The notes beneath the pieces are model-generated. The model searched no databases. It was not told the DNA's origin and saw only the letters and a list, made by a program, of their open reading frames with translations. Shown here piece by piece: positions 40,140 to 49,499 of a stretch of DNA of 64,000 bases. How positions within the stretch are numbered: the stretch's first letter is position 1; each line of letters begins with the position of its first letter. A program made the translations under genes and the position numbers. Source of the DNA: Gammaproteobacteria bacterium (GTDB lineage: Bacteria > Pseudomonadota > Gammaproteobacteria > Ga0077536); contig CAXXLL010000003.1 of assembly GCA_963662545.2 (NCBI GenBank), forward strand, positions 32,001-96,000, in the 5' to 3' direction.

Positions 40140-41804
40140 ATGCCCACCAAGCGCATTGACAGAAAAGGAAGGTTTCGCGGACGCGCGCTCGACGACGAGG
40201 CCGTCGCGCAGGTCGTGGGCCTCGTCGGCCAGGGTCCGTACCGACGCGATTTACTGATCGAATACCTGCATCTCATTCAAGACGTGCACGGCTGCCTGAG
40301 CGCCGAACACCTCGTGGCCTTGGCGCATTGTCTGCGATTGTCGACCACGGAGGTTTACGAAGTCGCCACTTTTTATCATCATTTCGATGTCGTCACCGCG
40401 GATGAGAAACGCCCGCCGGATCTGACCGTCCGGGTGTGCGATTCGATCACCTGCGAGATGTTCGGCGCGAGTGCGCTCTTCGATGAACTCGATGAGATTT
40501 TCGGTGAGAAGGTACGGGTGCAACGCGTGCCCTGCGTGGGCCGCTGTCACGGCGCACCCGTCGCGGTTGTCGGTCAGAACGCGATCGAACGCGCCGACAC
40601 CGCGAGCCTGATCGAACGGGTCGAACAGTGTGCGACGGCACCGCAGCCGACCTCGCATATCCCGTTCGACGAATACTGCAATGTCGGTGGATACGAGCTG
40701 TTGAAAAAATGCGTAAGGGGTGAAATCCAACGCGAGGCGGTCATCGACATCCTGGCCGATTCCGGCCTGCGAGGACTGGGCGGCGCCGGATTTCCGGCCG
40801 GCCGGAAATGGAGCATCCTGCGCGGCCAGCCGGCGCCCCGGCTGATCGCGGTCAACATCGACGAAGGCGAGCCGGGAACATTCAAGGATCGCTACTACCT
40901 CGAACGCGATCCGCACCGGTTCCTCGAGGGCTTGCTGATCGCCGCGTGGGCGATCGAAGCCGAGGGCTGCTATATCTACCTGCGAGATGAATATGCCGCG
41001 TGCCGCCGCATGCTCGTGGACGAACTCACACGCCTCGCCGCCGATCCGCCGGCGCCGCTCCCCGTCATGGAACTTCGCCGCGGTGCAGGCGCTTATATCT
41101 GTGGTGAAGAGTCAGCCATGATCGAATCGATCGAAGGTAAACGCGGCATGCCCCGGCTGCGCCCGCCTTACGTCGCCGAAGTCGGGCTGTTCGGGCGGCC
41201 GACGCTCGAACACAATATGGAAACCCTCTACTGGGTCCGCGATATCGTGGAAAAAGGGGCCGCATGGTTCAGCTCGCACGGCCGTCGCGAACGCTCGGGC
41301 TTGCGGGCATTCTCCGTCAGCGGCCGCGTCAACAACCCCGGTGTGCATCTGGCACCGGCGGGGATCTCGGTCAGCGAACTGATCGATGAATATTGCGGCG
41401 GCATGCTGGACGGCCATGCCTTCTACGGCTACTTCCCGGGCGGCGCGTCGGGCGGGATCCTCCCCGCCAGTCTCGGCGACCTGCCCCTCGATTTCGACAC
41501 GCTGCAGGAATACGGGTGCTTCATCGGCTCGGCAGCCATTATCATTTTGTCGGATCAGGACAATGCGCGGAGCGCGGCGCTCAATGCCATGCGGTTCTTC
41601 GAGCACGAATCCTGCGGTCAATGTACCCCGTGCCGGGTCGGCACTGCGAAGGCCGCGACGCTGATGGAGCGGCCCGCCTGGGATGCCCCGCTGCTCGAAG
41701 ATTTGGCGCGGGCCATGGAGGACGCATCGATCTGCGGCCTCGGGCAGGCGGCGCCGAATCCGCTGCGATGTGCAATAAAATACTTTCCGCAGGAATTCGA
41801 GTGA
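40140..41804 (+). CDS. NAD-dependent formate dehydrogenase beta subunit (fused NuoE/NuoF-like, Fdh1B type)
   Basis: RRDLLIEYLHLIQD, GLRGLGGAGFP, DEGEPGTFKDR, GAYICGEES, ESCGQCTPCR. Confidence 0.9.
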   Translation: MPTKRIDRKGRFRGRALDDEAVAQVVGLVGQGPYRRDLLIEYLHLIQDVHGCLSAEHLVALAHCLRLSTTEVYEVATFYHHFDVVTADEKRPPDLTVRVCDSITCEMFGASALFDELDEIFGEKVRVQRVPCVGRCHGAPVAVVGQNAIERADTASLIERVEQCATAPQPTSHIPFDEYCNVGGYELLKKCVRGEIQREAVIDILADSGLRGLGGAGFPAGRKWSILRGQPAPRLIAVNIDEGEPGTFKDRYYLERDPHRFLEGLLIAAWAIEAEGCYIYLRDEYAACRRMLVDELTRLAADPPAPLPVMELRRGAGAYICGEESAMIESIEGKRGMPRLRPPYVAEVGLFGRPTLEHNMETLYWVRDIVEKGAAWFSSHGRRERSGLRAFSVSGRVNNPGVHLAPAGISVSELIDEYCGGMLDGHAFYGYFPGGASGGILPASLGDLPLDFDTLQEYGCFIGSAAIIILSDQDNARSAALNAMRFFEHESCGQCTPCRVGTAKAATLMERPAWDAPLLEDLARAMEDASICGLGQAAPNPLRCAIKYFPQEFE

Positions 41805-41866
41805 GATGGATGCAAAGATCGCCGAAGGTACCGTGATCCGCTTCAAGCTCGATGGGCGCGAGGTCG
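41748..41866 (+). repeat. direct repeat 1A (fdh beta 3' end plus abortive fdh alpha start)
   Basis: 119 bp, 12 mismatches (counted by eye) to 42747-42865. Confidence 0.9.
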
Positions 41867-42014
41867 CTTCTCGCAATGCCGAGCCCCGCTACGCCGCCGC
41901 CCGAGGTATCGTTCTGTCGTCACACCGCGAACCGGGCCGCTTCTCAGCGTCGACGCGCGCGCTCGAAGCCCGTCGCAGCATCTCGAAAAACCCGCTTTGA
42001 ATGATCGTTGTCTA

Positions 42015-42314
42015 TCAATGGTAATCCTCTTCGCGCTGATGGCGAATCGCGAGTATCGTCACAGTGGATGGATCTTCGATCTCGAACAAGACCACGTACC
42101 CTGCCGATCCGAAAGGGATCAGGAGTTCACGCAGGAATGGATTGGTGTCATCCGCCTTGCGGCAGCTAAACGGAAAATCCTGCAGGAATTCGACGGCTTT
42201 GGCTATCGCATCACGAGCCCTCCTGGCTGCTTGAAGGTCCCTCTCAAGCAGGTATTCGTAAAGACGGAACAGATCCTCCCGTGCTACCCGGGTATAACGG
42301 ATCCGATAGCTCAA
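42015..42314 (-). CDS. type II TA toxin, RelE/ParE family
   Basis: Y-I-YT--AREDL-RLYEYL, PFSCRK, RELLIPFGSAGYVVLF, ILAIRHQRE. Confidence 0.88.
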   Translation of the reverse strand: MSYRIRYTRVAREDLFRLYEYLLERDLQAARRARDAIAKAVEFLQDFPFSCRKADDTNPFLRELLIPFGSAGYVVLFEIEDPSTVTILAIRHQREEDYH

Positions 42315-42592
42315 TCCTCTGAGCCCACACCGCGAGACTCAGCCACTTTGAGCATGTCATCAAGTTCAGAAAGAACGACATCAGCGGCGTAATACTCATT
42401 GGTCCGCTTTGCTTCATCGCGGGAAACCAAGCCACGTGAAATGAACTCCTCACGCACCTGCCGATGCAATATGGATGCTTTTATGGATTTTTCTACGAAA
42501 CTCGACAGACTCTCCCCCTCAGTCAGGACACTTTCAGCAGCTTTTCGTAGTTCGGGGGTCACTCGAAGTGTTGGAATATTGGCAGTTTTCAA
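42311..42592 (-). CDS. putative antitoxin (YlcI/YnfO-like, ribbon-helix-helix)
   Basis: KTANIPTLRVTPELRKAAESVL--GESLSSFVE; 4-bp overlap with the toxin. Confidence 0.8.
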   Translation of the reverse strand: MKTANIPTLRVTPELRKAAESVLTEGESLSSFVEKSIKASILHRQVREEFISRGLVSRDEAKRTNEYYAADVVLSELDDMLKVAESRGVGSED

Positions 42593-42606
42593 AATGACCT
42601 CTTGCG

Positions 42607-42623
42607 ACGCATTTGCGATGCGT
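42607..42623 (-). promoter_or_regulatory. putative TA autoregulatory operator
   Basis: acgcat-N5-atgcgt inverted repeat just upstream of the antitoxin start. Confidence 0.5.
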
Positions 42624-42746
42624 TAAGTATGGCGTTAATTACCGGACTGGGCAAGTGGCCGATACCTTTATGAATACCTCGTGCCAGGTTATTGGTGTGG
42701 TTCAATAGGATTTTGAGGGATCTGACCCTGAGATGTCCTCGGATAC

Positions 42747-42865
42747 GCAGCGCCAAATCCGTTGCGATGCGCAATAAAATACTTTCCGGAGGAATTCGAA
42801 TGAGATGGACGCAAAGACCGCCGATCGAACCGTGATCCGCTTCAAGCTCGATGGCCGCGAGGTCG
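42747..42865 (+). repeat. direct repeat 1B (orphan fdh beta 3' end plus functional fdh alpha start)
   Basis: 119 bp, ~90% identical to 41748-41866. Confidence 0.9.
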
Positions 42866-45564
42866 AAGCGCTGCCCGGCGAAACCATCCTCAATGCCGCG
42901 CGCCGCACCGGTACCGAGATCCCGACGCTGTGCCACATGGACGGCTACCGTGCGGACGGCAATTGCCGCGCCTGCGTGGTCGAGATCAAGGGCGAACGCG
43001 TGCTCGCACCGGCGTGCTGCCGCCTGCCGAGCGAGGGGATGGAAGTGGAAGCCAGCAACGAGCGCGCGCGGTTTAGCCAGCGCATGGTCGTCGAAATGCT
43101 GCAATCCGATATGCCCGAGGGCGGCGCTTCGCCCTACACACCGCGTTCCGAACTCGACCATTGGTGCGAATTTCTCGGTGTCACCGAACCGCGTTTCCCA
43201 CGGCGCGCACAACCGCAAAAGGACCTCTCCAACCCGGCGATCGCCGTCAATCTCGACGCCTGTATCCAGTGCACGCGCTGTGTGCGAGCGTGCCGCGAGG
43301 AGCAGGTCAACGATGTCATTGGCTATGCCTTCCGCGGCACACATTCGAAGATCGTGTTCGATCTCGGCGACCCCATGGGCGACAGCACCTGCGTGAGCTG
43401 CGGCGAATGCGTGCAGGCCTGTCCGACCGGCGCATTGATGCCCGCCGAAGGCGCCGCCAATTTCGAGCCCGATCGCCAGGTCGAGTCGGCCTGTCCGTAT
43501 TGCGGTGTAGGCTGCCTCCTGACCTTCAATATCAGGAACGATCGCATCATCTACGTCGACGGCCGCGACGGCCCGTCGAACAACAGTCGCTTGTGCGTGA
43601 AAGGCCGCTACGGCTTCGATTACGTCCATCACCCCGATCGGCTGACCCGGCCCTTGATCCGCAAAGAGGGCGCCGCAAAGAGCTCCGAACTACTGACCCC
43701 GTCAGATATACCTGCATACTTTCGAAACGCGAGCTGGGACGAAGCCCTTGCATTCGCGAGTGGCGGACTCAAGGCTATACGCGATGCGCAAGGCGGCCAG
43801 GCGCTCGCAGGATTCGGCTGCGCCAAAGGCTCCAACGAGGAGGCGTATCTGTTTCAGAAGCTGGTCCGAACGGGCTTCGGCACGAACAACGTCGATCATT
43901 GCACCCGTCTTTGTCATGCATCGTCCGTGGCAGCGATGTTGGAGACCATCGGCTCGGGCAGCGTTTCCAACCAGGTGGCTGACGTGGCCCAGGCCGAAGT
44001 GATCATCGTGATCGGTGCGCGGCCGACGATGAACCATCCGGTCGCCGCCACTTTCATGAAGAACGCGGCCAAGGCCGGCACGACCCTGATCCTGATGGAT
44101 CCCTACCGCGCCGATCTCGCGCGGCACGCCGATTATTTTCTCCAGTTTCATGCGGACACGGACGTGCCGCTGCTGAACGCCATGATGCATACCATCATCG
44201 ACGAAAACCTGCACAATCCGGCGTTTATCGAAGCGCACACCGAGGGTTTCGAATCGCTCCAAGCCTGCGTGACGAACTACAGCCCGGAAAAAGTCGCTCC
44301 CATCTGCGGCATTCCCGCCGCCGCCATCAAGGAGGTTGCCCGCAAGTATGCGACGGCCAAGGCGTCCATGATTTTCTGGGGCATGGGGATTTCGCAGCAT
44401 GTTCATGGCACGGATAATGCGCGCTGCCTGATCGCGCTCGCCTTGCTCTGCGGGCAGATCGGCCGGCCGGGTTCCGGCATCCACCCGCTGCGCGGTCAGA
44501 ATAACGTTCAGGGCGCCTCGGACGTCGGTTTGATCCCCATGGTTTATCCGGATTACCAACCCGTCGGGGACGAAGCGGTACGGCGCAAGTTCGAAAAATT
44601 CTGGGGCACCGAACTCGACCCCAACCCGGGTCTGACGGTCGTCGAAATCATGGATGCCGTGCACGAAGGCGCGATCAAGGGTATGTACATCATGGGGGAA
44701 AACCCGGCGATGTCGGATCCCAATCTCAATCATGCGCGTGCAGCCCTGGCGAAGCTCGAGCACCTGGTCGTGCAGGATATTTTCTTCACCGAGACGGCGG
44801 GGTTCGCTGACGTGATTCTGCCGGCGTCGGCGTTTCCGGAAAAAACCGGTACCTTCACGAACACCGATCGACGCGTGCAAATAGGCCGCCAGGCCATCGA
44901 GCCGCCCGGCGATGCGCGCCACGATATCTGGATCATCGAGGAAATGGCGAGGGGCCTCGGCCTCGACTGGAATTACTCGGGCGTCGATGCCGTATTCGAC
45001 GAGATGCGTGCGGCGATGCCCAGTATCGGCGGCATCACATGGGACCGCCTGCAACGCGAACATTCCGTGACCTATCCCTGCACGCGCGAAGGCGATCCAG
45101 GGCAACCGATTCTGTTCGAACAGGATTTTCCGACGCCGAACGGCCGCGGTAAGTTCGTACCGGCCGAATACACCCATGCCGCCGAGCTGCCCGACGACGA
45201 ATATCCGAAAATATTCATGACCGGCCGTCAGCTAGAACACTGGCACACCGGAAGCATGACCCGCAACGCGCGTGTCCTCGACGCACTGGAGCCGGAACCC
45301 GTGATCAACGTTCACCCGACGGATATGGACGAGATCGGGGTCGAAGCAGGCGAATTCGTGCGCGTCGAATCACGGCGCGGCGCCGTCGTGGCCCGCGTGC
45401 GAGCGGATAGCGGAATGCAGACCGGTTCGATCTTCATGGCGTTCTGCTACGTGGAAGCGGCGGCTAACCTGCTGACCACCGAAGAACTCGATCCCGTCGG
45501 AAAGATCCCGGAATTCAAATACTGCGCCGTACGAATTTCAAGGCAGAAGGCCAAAGTCGCCTGA
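42805..45564 (+). CDS. formate dehydrogenase alpha subunit (Fdh1A-like, Mo/W-bis-PGD, Cys ligand)
   Basis: N-terminal 2Fe-2S/4Fe-4S motifs, CPYCGVGC, HCTRLCHAS, PLRGQNNVQG, PEFKYCAV. Confidence 0.93.
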   Translation: MDAKTADRTVIRFKLDGREVEALPGETILNAARRTGTEIPTLCHMDGYRADGNCRACVVEIKGERVLAPACCRLPSEGMEVEASNERARFSQRMVVEMLQSDMPEGGASPYTPRSELDHWCEFLGVTEPRFPRRAQPQKDLSNPAIAVNLDACIQCTRCVRACREEQVNDVIGYAFRGTHSKIVFDLGDPMGDSTCVSCGECVQACPTGALMPAEGAANFEPDRQVESACPYCGVGCLLTFNIRNDRIIYVDGRDGPSNNSRLCVKGRYGFDYVHHPDRLTRPLIRKEGAAKSSELLTPSDIPAYFRNASWDEALAFASGGLKAIRDAQGGQALAGFGCAKGSNEEAYLFQKLVRTGFGTNNVDHCTRLCHASSVAAMLETIGSGSVSNQVADVAQAEVIIVIGARPTMNHPVAATFMKNAAKAGTTLILMDPYRADLARHADYFLQFHADTDVPLLNAMMHTIIDENLHNPAFIEAHTEGFESLQACVTNYSPEKVAPICGIPAAAIKEVARKYATAKASMIFWGMGISQHVHGTDNARCLIALALLCGQIGRPGSGIHPLRGQNNVQGASDVGLIPMVYPDYQPVGDEAVRRKFEKFWGTELDPNPGLTVVEIMDAVHEGAIKGMYIMGENPAMSDPNLNHARAALAKLEHLVVQDIFFTETAGFADVILPASAFPEKTGTFTNTDRRVQIGRQAIEPPGDARHDIWIIEEMARGLGLDWNYSGVDAVFDEMRAAMPSIGGITWDRLQREHSVTYPCTREGDPGQPILFEQDFPTPNGRGKFVPAEYTHAAELPDDEYPKIFMTGRQLEHWHTGSMTRNARVLDALEPEPVINVHPTDMDEIGVEAGEFVRVESRRGAVVARVRADSGMQTGSIFMAFCYVEAAANLLTTEELDPVGKIPEFKYCAVRISRQKAKVA

Positions 45565-45629
45565 ATTTCTAATCGACCGTTCTGAACGCACAACGTATCC
45601 GGGAAATCGTGGGCCAAATCGCACCGACC

Positions 45630-45660
45630 CCCGGATTGCGCTGCGCTTCATCCGGGCTAC
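45630..45660 (-). repeat. GTAG-type REP element
   Basis: reverse complement gtagcccggatgaagcgcagcgcaatccggg forms a hairpin with a GTAG foot. Confidence 0.65.
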
Positions 45661-45674
45661 GGCCTTCATAGGTG

Positions 45675-46058
45675 TTATGTGGCTCTTGATTTAGAGTAGA
45701 GTTTGACATCCCTTAGTCCCTTGAAATCGGTATCTTGGGTCCACAGAACTGCGCCATATTTCTGTGCGGTTGCATAAATAATGCTATCCGCCAACGGCAA
45801 TTTGTGTTCAATACCGTAACAGGCGGCATCTACAGCCAGCTCGCTGTCCAGGGATACAACTTTTCCTTGCTCCATATGAGCTATTGCTTCAAGGGCTGAT
45901 TCTTCGTCCCTCTGACGCACAATGCTCTTGAAAACCTCGGTAATGGTGATACTGGGCACCAATAACTCTTCTAAAACCTCTATCGGTTTAGCGAATGAGC
46001 CCGCATTCTTGTCGCCGGCGAAATATGATAACCATCCCGATGAGTCGACGACATTCAT
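45675..46058 (-). CDS. type II TA toxin, VapC/PIN domain
   Basis: VVDSSGWL, ITEV, LPLADSIIYATA, LWTQDTDF acidic PIN residues. Confidence 0.9.
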   Translation of the reverse strand: MNVVDSSGWLSYFAGDKNAGSFAKPIEVLEELLVPSITITEVFKSIVRQRDEESALEAIAHMEQGKVVSLDSELAVDAACYGIEHKLPLADSIIYATAQKYGAVLWTQDTDFKGLRDVKLYSKSRAT

Positions 46059-46261
46059 ACCCTGTCTTTATCTCGCCTTACATTCGTATCAATGCCTTTC
46101 AGGAAGCCTCTCATTTTCTTCATGGGCTTTATAGGAATGAGTTCGATCCGATTTTGATAGGTGAGAACTTGAATCTTCTGGCCGGAATATATTCCCATTG
46201 ACTCCCGCACTTTTTTGGGAATCACGATTTGATATTTCGGTGAAACGGTTACAGCAGTCAC
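46055..46261 (-). CDS. AbrB/MazE/SpoVT family antitoxin
   Basis: VSPKYQIVIPKKVRE; 4-bp overlap with vapC; upstream TTGACG-N17-TATCGT promoter-like sequence. Confidence 0.88.
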   Translation of the reverse strand: MTAVTVSPKYQIVIPKKVRESMGIYSGQKIQVLTYQNRIELIPIKPMKKMRGFLKGIDTNVRRDKDRV

Positions 46262-46425
46262 GGCCGATACTCCATCGATAATAGCACCGTTTTACGATAT
46301 CTCTATCGATAAGCTCCGTCAAGCCACGTAACGAACGAGTCTCACGGATCCCCACATACTCGCTAGGAAAAGCGATCGAAAACTAATGAGATGTAGGTGC
46401 ACCGAACCTCAATTAAGCGCGCGAG

Positions 46426-47200
46426 CACGAACACCGATCGACGCGTGCAAATAGGCCGCCAGGCCATCGAGCCGCCCGGCGATGCGCGCCACGATATCTG
46501 GATCATCGAGGAAATGGCGAGGGGCCTCGGCCTCGACTGGAATTACTCGGGCGTCGATGCCGTATTCGACGAGATGCGTGCGGCGATGCCCAGTATCGGC
46601 GGCATCACATGGGACCGCCTGCAACGCGAACATTCCGTGACCTACCCCTGCACGCGCGAAGGCGATCCAGGGCAACCGATTCTGTTCGAACAGGATTTTC
46701 CGACGCCGAACGGCCGCGGTAAGTTCGTACCGGCCGAATACACCCATGCCGCCGAGCTGCCCGACGACGAATATCCGAAAATCTTCATGACCGGCCGTCA
46801 GCTAGAACACTGGCACACCGGAAGCATGACCCGCAACGCGCGTGTCCTCGACCTACTGGAGCCGGAACCCGTGATCAACGTTCACCCGACGGACATGGAC
46901 GAGATCGGCGTCGAAGCGGGCGAATTCGTGCGCGTCGAATCACGGCGCGGCGCCGTCGTGGCCCGCGTACGGACGGATCCCGGGATACAGCCCGGCAGCC
47001 TATTCATGGCGTTTTGCTATGTGGAAGCTGCCGCGAATTTGTTGACGACCGAAGAGCTGGACCCGGTAGGAAAGATCCCCGAATTCAAATATTGCGCAGT
47101 GAGATTGAGGAAAGCCATTGACAATTCAGCTCCGCGCTCCCACATTCCACGGTTTAATTCCGCACAGGGCGATGGTCGCGAACGAGACGGGCATCGATGA
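46426..47200 (+). pseudogene. orphan duplicate of the fdh alpha 3' end (direct repeat of 44856-45530) with a different C-terminal tail
   Basis: offset 1570 bp; near-identical 5' part, strongly diverged at synonymous sites in the last ~130 bp; frame open to 47200. Confidence 0.9.
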
Positions 47201-47212
47201 GTCCGCAACACA

Positions 47213-48334
47213 ATGCCCCAACCTGAAGCGCTCTCAAATCTATCCCCGGCGAAGAAGCTCCTGGCCGGGCTGCTCACTCTGCTTGTTTTGGGTGCGGGTA
47301 TCCTCGCCCTTGCGGAAGGGGCGGTGCGGGTGCGTGCCTGGATCAAATACGGCTCCGCCGATCATTTCGACGAGATGTACTACTACGACGAGCAACTGGG
47401 GCTCAAATACGTGGTGCCGAACTACCGCACCCGGACTGTACAGGTCAATTCGATCGGCTTCCGCGGACCGGAGCTGGAAGTCAAGTCCGAGTCGACCTTG
47501 CGCATCGGGTTCCTGGGAGGTTCGACGACCTTTTGCGCGGAGGTGAGCGGCAACGATCAGGTGTGGGCGGCTTTGCTCAGCGCCAATCTACAATCGGCCT
47601 TTCCCGGGCTTGATGTCGATTACGTCAATGGTGGAGTACCCGGGTATACCCTCGAACAGTCTCTCAAGAACCTCGAACGGCGAGTCGCCCCGCTCGATCC
47701 AGACGTCATCGTTATCTACCACGCTTCAAACGACATGACCGGAGAGACTCGCGAGCTAGCGAAGGAATCAGGAATATTGCGCGAATTTCATCGGGACCCG
47801 AGCTGGCTCGCACGACATTTCCTGCTTTGGCATCTTGCGGAAATGAATCTAAAGATCCTTCTAGTCAAACGGGAAGGCGACGAACAGAAGCTGAAGTTAT
47901 TTCCCGATGACTTCGGCGCCGAATTCGATCAGAAGTTGGAACACCTGATCGCGAGTGCTCAGAAAGTCGCCGAAATCGTCGTGGTAGTGACCTGGACCCA
48001 GCAAATTCGCGAGCAACAGTCACCCGCACAACAACTCGAGGCCGCATCGTCCGGCTTGTACTACATGCCGTTCATGACCCCGACGAGTCTCCTGGAAGCC
48101 TACGGACGTTACAATACAGCGATTCGAAACGCCGCCACCCGTACCGGCGCCATTCTGGTTGAGGAGGAGAATTCCATTCCGGGCGATGGCGCGCATTTTA
48201 ACGACACCGTGCACTTCAAAGACGCTGGCAGTCGAGCGATGGCGGACCGCATCGCCCGCCGGCTACTGGAATCGCCGCGACTGAAAGCGCTCGTCCAAAA
48301 GAAGCTCCTAAACTCGATGGAGAAGAAATCGTGA
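47213..48334 (+). CDS. SGNH/GDSL hydrolase family membrane-anchored protein
   Basis: NSIGFRG, LGGSTTF, NGGVPGY, ND, DTVH. Confidence 0.8.
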   Translation: MPQPEALSNLSPAKKLLAGLLTLLVLGAGILALAEGAVRVRAWIKYGSADHFDEMYYYDEQLGLKYVVPNYRTRTVQVNSIGFRGPELEVKSESTLRIGFLGGSTTFCAEVSGNDQVWAALLSANLQSAFPGLDVDYVNGGVPGYTLEQSLKNLERRVAPLDPDVIVIYHASNDMTGETRELAKESGILREFHRDPSWLARHFLLWHLAEMNLKILLVKREGDEQKLKLFPDDFGAEFDQKLEHLIASAQKVAEIVVVVTWTQQIREQQSPAQQLEAASSGLYYMPFMTPTSLLEAYGRYNTAIRNAATRTGAILVEEENSIPGDGAHFNDTVHFKDAGSRAMADRIARRLLESPRLKALVQKKLLNSMEKKS

Positions 48335-48720
48335 CGCCGGTTCGTCAGAGCAATCGTGCCTTCGCATTAATGTTCGCAATCGTGTTCGCGATCATCACTT
48401 TGCTTGGTTGGTTTTTCTTTGAAAAGACGCCCATTTGGGCGGTTTGGGTAAGTGGCGCGCTGTTATTGGTTGCCTGGGTGTGCCCTGGGGTCCTGCTGCC
48501 GCTGAATCGATTGTGGGGTCTTTTCGCGTTTCGGCTCGGCACGGTGAGCAACGTACTTGTCCTGGGTATCGTACTTTACGGAATATTCGCACCCCTAGCA
48601 TTCTTCTTTCGAGTTATCGGCCGTGATTTGATGAATCGCGACATGGATCCAGCGGCCGATACCTATCTGACCCGGGTCGATCGCCAGATGGATTCAAACA
48701 GTCTCGACGACATGTACTAA
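48331..48720 (+). CDS. SxtJ family membrane protein
   Basis: NRAFALMF, P--LLPLNRLW, GRDLM, TY; context with DUF5989 and carbamoyltransferase. Confidence 0.75.
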   Translation: MTPVRQSNRAFALMFAIVFAIITLLGWFFFEKTPIWAVWVSGALLLVAWVCPGVLLPLNRLWGLFAFRLGTVSNVLVLGIVLYGIFAPLAFFFRVIGRDLMNRDMDPAADTYLTRVDRQMDSNSLDDMY

Positions 48721-48730
48721 GGAATTGCCT

Positions 48731-48883
48731 GTGATCTCGTTGTTCAAAGAAATCCTGAAGTATGTAATAGCTTCCAAGAAGCTATGGCTATTACCAATCA
48801 TTGTGCTGCTAGTCGCGCTCGGTGGGCTCCTTGTGCTGGCCGAAGGGACCGCGTTCGCGCCGTTCATTTACGCTATCTTCTGA
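48731..48883 (+). CDS. DUF5989 (SxtK-like) small membrane protein, not in the ORF track
   Basis: 50 aa MISLFKEILKYVIASKKLWLLPIIVLLVALGGLLVLAEGTAFAPFIYAIF; KK-WLLP and APFIY--F signatures. Confidence 0.85.
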   Translation: MISLFKEILKYVIASKKLWLLPIIVLLVALGGLLVLAEGTAFAPFIYAIF

Positions 48884-48921
48884 CGGGCTCATTTCGGGCC
48901 ATTAACACGACTGGGCTATTC

Positions 48922-49297
48922 ATGCTTGTCCTGGGAATATCTGCTTTCTATCACGACAGCGCTGCCGCTCTCGTAAGGGATGGCGAGATTGTGGCCGCCG
49001 CCCAGGAAGAGCGATTCTCGCGAAAGAAGGGTGATTCCGACTTCCCCACCGGCGCCGTAAAGTTCTGCCTGGAATCGTGCGGCGTCTCGGTCGACGAAAT
49101 CGACTTCGTGGGGTTTTACGATAAGCCGCTGCTGACATTCGACCGCTTACTTGAGACCTATCTCGGTTATGCCCCGAAAGGACTGCCGTCATTCCGTAGA
49201 TCGATTCCACTTTGGGTAAAGGAAAAATTGCTCATCAAGAAAACGGTCCGAGAGCAGATCACTCATCTCGGACTCGGCGATCTTCCCGAACGTAAAG
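48922..49297 (+). pseudogene. NodU/CmcH-type carbamoyltransferase, 5' fragment truncated by IS21
   Basis: LGISAFYHDSAAAL, AAAQEERFSRKK; only ~125 codons before the IS end; remainder absent beyond the IS. Confidence 0.88.
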
Positions 49298-49499
49298 TGT
49301 CAACGGCGGAGCAAAATTAGTCCACCCGGGCGGAGCAAAACTAGTCCACTTAACGTTATGCGGTACGCAGTGTTGGGGGGTTGTCCCGGTAGTCCATAGG
49401 AGGGACCCGCGCTGCTTCGTGTAGCGCTTGCGTTACGCGGAGCGAAGCAGCGTGGGAGGTTCCTGTGGACCCACACCGGGTCAACCTTGAGTTCGGTGG

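Noticed and set aside
41806-42000. 64-aa ORF starting MDAKIAEG as an independent gene
   Set aside because: Only the first ~20 codons match fdh alpha; the rest is read-through into cassette DNA.
42805-45564. Possible selenocysteine in formate dehydrogenase alpha
   Set aside because: The active-site motif is HCTRLCHAS with a Cys codon, and there is no in-frame TGA.
42728-46394. Shared tgagatgt octamer near the right junction of both TA cassettes
   Set aside because: It is only 8 bp and lies at different distances from the junctions, so it cannot be distinguished from chance.
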